Shown piece after piece: positions 57,856 through 64,000 of a stretch of DNA of 64,000 nt; position 1 is the first letter of the stretch, and each line of letters opens with the position of its first letter. The stretch is taken from the NCBI GenBank assembly GCA_951406725.2, contig OX597820.1, positions 63,798,001 through 63,862,000 on the forward strand. Direction: 5' to 3'. The notes under the pieces are model-generated. The model searched no databases. It was not told the origin of the DNA and saw only the letters and a list, made by a program, of their open reading frames with translations. Both the position numbers and the translations under genes were made by a program. This DNA comes from Octopus vulgaris (lineage: Eukaryota).

Positions 57856-58223
57856 ATATATATATATATATGTATACGTGTGTGTGTATGTATGTATGTA
57901 TGTATGTATGTATGTATGTATGTATGTATGTATGTATGTATGTGTGTGTGTGTGTGTATATATATGTGTGTGTGTGTGTGTGTATCTATGTACTGCTAAT
58001 TTATAAGTGATTTCTCCAACAGTTTATCCTTTTAGTCACTGTTACAGGTATTATAACAAAGTTGCAATTTCAACCGATACAGTGGAAGGATGTTAGAAAC
58101 ACATATACTGCTAGAAATAAGAGCTAGAATGGTCTAATACTGTAGACAAAGCTCATAATTATGTACATTTATACTAACGAGGACTGTAATCGTCCGGAAA
58201 TATATCCATGTGTGTAAGTCTAC

Positions 58224-58311
<88 letters not shown>

Positions 58312-58312
<1 letters not shown>

Positions 58313-58497
58313 AAGTTAATCCAAACAAGAAAACAAAAAAGACAACAACGCAAGGAGGTGGAACAATTAAAGTATTATTAGGCGCTCAGGAAAATAGGGA
58401 AGAAGGAGGGTATGACGTTTCGAGCGGAGCTCTTCGTCGGAAACATAGGAGAAAGAAAGATCCCGAGGTGGGAGGACAGAGGGAAAAAATGCAAGTG
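58312..58497 (-). mobile_element. Copy of the 49453-family short repeat with a hammerhead-like motif
   Basis: Near-identical to 49450-49633. Motif CCGACGA-A-GAGC-tcc-GCTC-GAAACGTC at 58410-58444 (minus). Confidence 0.75.
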
Positions 58498-59403
58498 ATA
58501 TATATATATATATATATGCGTGTGTATATAAAAAACGGACGGGTCATTCGAAGCCTCTAATCTTCAGTCAAGAACCGGATCATGCTCACAATTTCGGCTG
58601 ATTAATCATGAGATCGCTCCGATCCGGCCAGCCCCAAGGAAAAACTAAGCTACGAGCATTAGATTTCTTGGAGTGTGTGTGTGTCTCTGCATGTGTTTGT
58701 GTGTGTGTGTGTGTCTGTGTGTCTGTGTATACATGTTTGTATCCATGCACATATGTCTGTGTTTCTATTAGGTTCAATCTTTCTAAGTTTGAAACAATGT
58801 ATAATGAAATACAAAATTTAAAACTGTCCAACAGTGGCAGCTTGTCCTTCAATTTATTAGATATTTCGAGTTTCGAACTTCTTCTGTGGGACACATGGAG
58901 AAATAGGAGATAGATACAGAAGAGTTTAGTGAGTGTATGCAGATAGGGTCTTTTGTAACAACCAGTCTTCTCTATGTAGTTCTTACCTGTAGCTTAATGC
59001 TTGTTTCAGCTTTGATTAGATTAGGTCCTTGATTCAGAGGTTACCTATATTGCGTTCCATGATTCTGATGGAAATAGTAGAGTCGCTGATGTTGTATTTC
59101 TGCTGGTGTTCTTTGATGTGGACATGCACTCATCTGATGGTGGCTGTAATATTTGATAGCTTGATCTTGAAACAGTGGTACAAAGGGAGATCCAGTTGCT
59201 CAGCAGAAAATTCATGATTGAAACGAAGTGATTCCAATATTACTCTTTCGTAAAACAAGGAATAAAAGAGTGGTGCAAATATTCATGGAGCTGCAGATTT
59301 ATGAGAGTTAGTGTGAGGTACAGAAATATATTTAATTTCATGCATCAATCAAACACCCAAACTCTCTTTCAGTTTTTTATAATCTCCTTTTTTCTCTCTC
59401 TTT

Positions 59404-59460
<57 letters not shown>

Positions 59461-59529
59461 CACACACACACAGAAGTCCAAATTCAAACACTTCCAGACT
59501 CCTATCTCATAAAACACACGCAGTGACAA

Positions 59530-59860
59530 CTAGCACTCCGTCAGTTGTAACGACGAGTGTTCCAGTTGATCAGATCAACGGTACAGCTTGCATGTTAAAT
59601 TAACGTACATATATCTGAGCATTCTATAGATACGCGTAACCATAGCGTAGTTCTCAGGGAGATTCAGCGTGGCACAGAATATCACAAGACTGGCTTTAAA
59701 AAAAAAAACAGTTCTGTTTCACTTTGCAAGCTGAATGGACTCGAACACCGTGGAATAAAGTGAGTGGATCAAGGACGCAACGTGCCGCCTTGTTTCAAAC
59801 TCACAAACTTAGGCTCGTGAACTTAATACCTTAACTTCCAAACCGTGAGACTTCACACGC
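59530..59860 (-). mobile_element. SINE, same family as 10055-10330
   Basis: GCACTCCGTCAGTTGTAACGACGAG..CCAGTTGATCAGATCAAC..GTAGTTCTCAGGGAGATTCAGCGTG, with a decayed tRNA-like head at the right end. Confidence 0.7.
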
Positions 59861-60315
59861 CCTCACATAAACATGCACACACACACTCATACACATACTA
59901 CAAGCACTCGCACACACACACACACACACACATATACAAATATTTATGGATATTTATACGTCAAGGTGAGCATGTGCGCGTGTATGAAGAGGGTAACAGT
60001 GTGAGGGAATGAGAGTCAGCTCTCTATAGAATATCTTCATATATAAGCCGATAAGCTGTTGCGTACGAATACACACGCATCGAACGCTCATGGAAGCGGG
60101 CGCGAGAATATGTGTACTGGATCACATCTCATCCTGGTAAACATTTACATCATATTTATTTTATTTATCAAAGAGTGCACACATTAATAGACGAAATTTT
60201 TGCTTATCTCTCTCGCACACAATAACACACACACGCGCGCACACACACACACATTCTCTGTCACGTTTTATGCTCATACAGAAACACAACACATGCATAT
60301 GTCTCTGTCTGTCCT

Positions 60316-60373
<58 letters not shown>

Positions 60374-60719
60374 TATACATATAAAACTATGTATATACAT
60401 ATCTATTATTTATATAGGTACATTATACATACGAACATACAAAAACACTTCTGTGCGTACATACAACTTTGTGTGTTGTGTGTGTGTGCGTGTGTGTGTG
60501 CGTGTGCACGCGCGTATGTTGTGTGTGTGTGTACGTTTGTATATATTGTATAGATAATGACTGATACAAGCACACTCAAATGACCATACATACATACATA
60601 CATACACGCATATATATGCATCTGTATATAAGTATGTATATATCTATACATATACGCACGCACACACACACATTCACACATGTATATATGCAGTTATGTT
60701 ATGTATGCGCGTGTGTATA

Positions 60720-60769
<50 letters not shown>

Positions 60770-61545
60770 ATTTTAAGCTGTACTTAGGCTACCTCAGAGG
60801 AAATGTCAAAGAAGTGAACGTTTTCTAAATATATCCAAAAGACACACATTGCAAGTTACGGATCTAACCGAACTCTCAACGACCGGATGTACTAAATAAC
60901 ATACAACTATAAGCCCCAAGCTTTGACGTGTGTGGCTGTCAACGGAAGACTGTCTCCATCTCCTTTCTCGCAAATACGGCCTTAAAATAAAATGTTGAAT
61001 TTCTTTCTCATACCGCTTACGATACGCATATATTATGTACGAAGTATGTTAGTTCCAGCTAAATACCCATCTTATATTTGATTAACTGCAATTATATTTA
61101 TATGTGACTTTTATGTAAGTACCAATGTATGTATGTGTGGATGGATGGATGGATATATATATATATATATACACATAGATGTATGTGTATCATGCATACG
61201 TACCTACGTACATATACACTTCATAGTTTTATATAAAGCGACCACCCAGAAAACACAGGAAGACATAAATTTGATAGAATGTAAGGAATGCTTACCTTAA
61301 AAATAATTACTAGTTTTGTCAAATTTCAATTTGAACAAACTCCTACGTGCTTTCACTGTAAATCTTTATAAATCATTCATTAATAAAATCTAGTTCTTTC
61401 ATTGTGTTGAATTTGTAATTAGCGGGGTTTTTTTTTATAGTTTTCTATTTTTTAGCCTCAGTGTATCTGACCGAAAACTAAAGGTGTTCCAACCAGCATT
61501 TTGGCATTCCTCAATTTTGTTACGTCAATATTTTCTGGCATTTAA

Positions 61546-61758
61546 GGTGGCGTGCTGGCAGAAACGTTAGCACGCCGGGCGAAATGCTTAGCGCTATTAC
61601 GTCTGTCTTTACGTTATGAATTCAAATTCCACCGAGGTCAACTTTGCCTGTTATCCTTTCTGGGTCGATAAATTAAGTACCAGTTGTGTACTGGTGTCGA
61701 TCTTATTGACTGTCTCTCTCCCCCAAAATTTCGGGCTTTATGCTTATAGTAGGAAGTT
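61546..61758 (+). mobile_element. SINE (GGCGGCGAGCTGGCAGAA family)
   Basis: GGTGGCGTGCTGGCAGAAACGTTAGCACGCCGGGCG...GGGTCGATAAATTAAGTACCAG...TAGTAGGAAG. Confidence 0.85.
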
Positions 61759-62881
61759 ATATTTTCTTGTATTTAAAAAGTGATGTGGTGCGAATTGAAA
61801 AGAGTTTGATTACTATTTCTAGAGCATCGGCCAGTCATATTAAGTCATATAAGCTGGCTCTTGTTGTCAACATTACATTTCTATGGTTTATTTGTAATAG
61901 TGAATTGAAAATTTTCTTCGCCCTGTTCATGCATTAGAGGTGAAGCTGAAAAGTTTTTTTAGCTTTCAACTTATCGCGAAAAACCTGGGGAAAGGCCCAA
62001 TCTTCCATGTTCTTTTGCATGGGTTGGAGAAACTAAAAGACCACTGAAATAAATGTGCGAAATAAATTTGTGAGAGTGGAATATTTTGAACAAAATGTGT
62101 ATGCGCGCGTGCGAGCGTGTATATATCGCTGCGATTCAATTTTAATCTATCGTATTGTGGATGGCTCCAAGAACATAGAGCAGTGCAGAATATTGAATAT
62201 CACTATAGCTTTCAAAATAAACAGTTACATCTGTGAATAACTATCACCTTGTACGTTTTGCTAGTTTTTTTTCTTTTCTTTTTCTTTTTTTTTTTCTTCA
62301 TATTCAACTCCATTTTCTCCCTTCTGCTCTGGACTTAACGAAAGATTTACATACCGAATCGTCCGTCTATCCTTCTTTTTTCTAGATAGCTTTAAATATT
62401 CTGAGTTTGTACACTCGTAGCTGGTTTTGTTATTTTTACATTTTGTCCATTTTCTCCCTTATATTTACTTGTGCATCATTTGGTTATTCTGTTACCTGGA
62501 TATAGATTTAAAATAAACACGGACCAACTGCGTAATTTAATTAATTGTTCTCTTATTTTAGACAACGAGAGATGCATATATGTTGTCTTATATAACCTGT
62601 TTCTGCATGAAGATAAAATAGTTGTGATCTATATATATGACTACAGAAATGCCGGACCTTAATCACCTTTAAGTAAAGTTCATTGCTACTATTACCTCCT
62701 ATGCAAAAAAATCAGAGAAGCAACTGCTATACTAGTGGTTCCCAAAAACTTCGGGCTGCCGCACACCTTGACTCCGGCTCTGCATTCCTAGCGCCTCCTG
62801 ACTAGCCGTCACAAACATAGACCACTTTCTAAAGCAAATTAAAAGCAACTGTATGTCACAAATAAAACTTAATAAATAAAA

Positions 62882-63285
62882 GGCGGCGAGCTGGCAGAAA
62901 CGTTAGCACGCCGGGTGAAATGCTGAGAGGTATTTCGTCTGTCGCTACGTTCTGAGTTCAAATTCCGCCGAGGTCGACTTTGCCTTTCGGGGTCGATTAA
63001 ATAAGAACCAGTTTCGCACTGGGGTCGATGTAATCGACTTATTCCCTTTGTCTATCTTTCTTTGTCCCCTATATGTTTAGCCCCTTGTGGGTAGTAAAGA
63101 AATAAGTATTTCGTCTGCCGTTACGTTCTGAGTTCAAATTTCGCCGAGGTCGACTTTGCCTTTCATCCTTTCGGAATCGATTAAATAAGCACCAGTAACG
63201 CACTGGAGTCGATATAATCGACTTAATCCGTTTGTCTGTCCTTGTTTGTCAGCTCTGTGTTTAGCCCCTTGTGGGGATTAAAGTA
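62882..63285 (+). mobile_element. Dimeric SINE (full monomer plus head-truncated monomer)
   Basis: Head at 62882. The second unit restarts at TATTTCGTCTGCCG (~63107). Both units end in TGTTTAGCCCCTTGTGGG..TAAAG. Confidence 0.85.
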
Positions 63286-63629
63286 ATAACAAATAAAATT
63301 TAACCTAATGAACCTAATCTCTTGTTGTTTTTTACATGAATCACTAACCTATTATAGTCCCTCTTTTCTTCAACGCACCCTTGGAACTTTCCACTGCCTC
63401 CATGTGGGCAATATCGCTCCCTATGTGAACCACTGTGCTATGCCATCACTCGAGGTGCTATACATAGCAGCTAAATCTACCTTACAATACAACAAAGCAC
63501 TTAAACACTAATTCTTCGATAAAAGTTTTTGTGATATGCTTCGCCGGAAAAGAATGGATTGTCGGTGGACGGATGAATTTGATTATTGGTCCGATCCATC
63601 AAGGCTGCGAGCTGCCATAATCATGAGCA

Positions 63630-63802
63630 CCCTCTATTTAGTCCGTCTTTACGTTCTGAGCTCAGATTCCTCCACAGTTGATCTTGCTTTTCATCCTTTT
63701 GTGCTCCATGAAATAAGTACCAGTTGAGCACTGGCATCGATATAAACCATTTGGCCCCCTCCAGAAAATTGCAGGCGTTGTGTCTATTGTGGATAGGATT
63801 TA
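63630..63802 (+). mobile_element. Diverged SINE copy
   Basis: TACGTTCTGAG..TTGCTTTTCATCCTTT..AATAAGTACCAG..AGGATT. Confidence 0.65.
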
Positions 63803-64000
63803 TAAGTGATCTAATCAACAACAATATTTATGCAGGTCTAACTTGAACACAAGACTCGGTGTCAGGGAACGCCCTTCATCATAAGTTCAAACGATCTAGA
63901 ATTGCCTTCGTCTAGAAAAAAAGAGAACAATGATAATTAATGTTTGTGCAAACATGAAAGATGCAGCGAGTATTTCATATTGTTTTCACATTCGCTGATC

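Noticed and set aside
58890-59300. Possible decayed GIY-YIG/PLE coding remnant on the minus strand
   Set aside because: No clear catalytic motifs could be read.

Overview
AT-rich, microsatellite-dense eukaryotic DNA with no intact host gene that I can support. Most ORFs in the track are translations of simple repeats. The SINE and repeat families resemble those of Octopus genomes (recalled resemblance, not a database result). The window holds many tRNA-derived SINEs, internally deleted or decayed mariner/Tc1 elements, two R4/Dong-type non-LTR fragments inside (TAA)n tracts, a decayed Helitron helicase, a CR1/L2-like RT fragment and Penelope-like element (PLE) fragments. Two things stand out. 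First, there is a dense set of type I hammerhead ribozyme motifs from several unrelated repeat families, including a non-coding ~536-bp tandem-plus-inverted unit with an intact hammerhead (38.8-40.2 kb, retrozyme-like) next to a structured 355-bp tandem unit. Second, a divergent, apparently intronless ZDHHC1/11-like palmitoyltransferase sequence is fused directly onto a truncated Penelope ORF (35.3-36.5 kb). Several fold-back inversions could be real or assembly artefacts.
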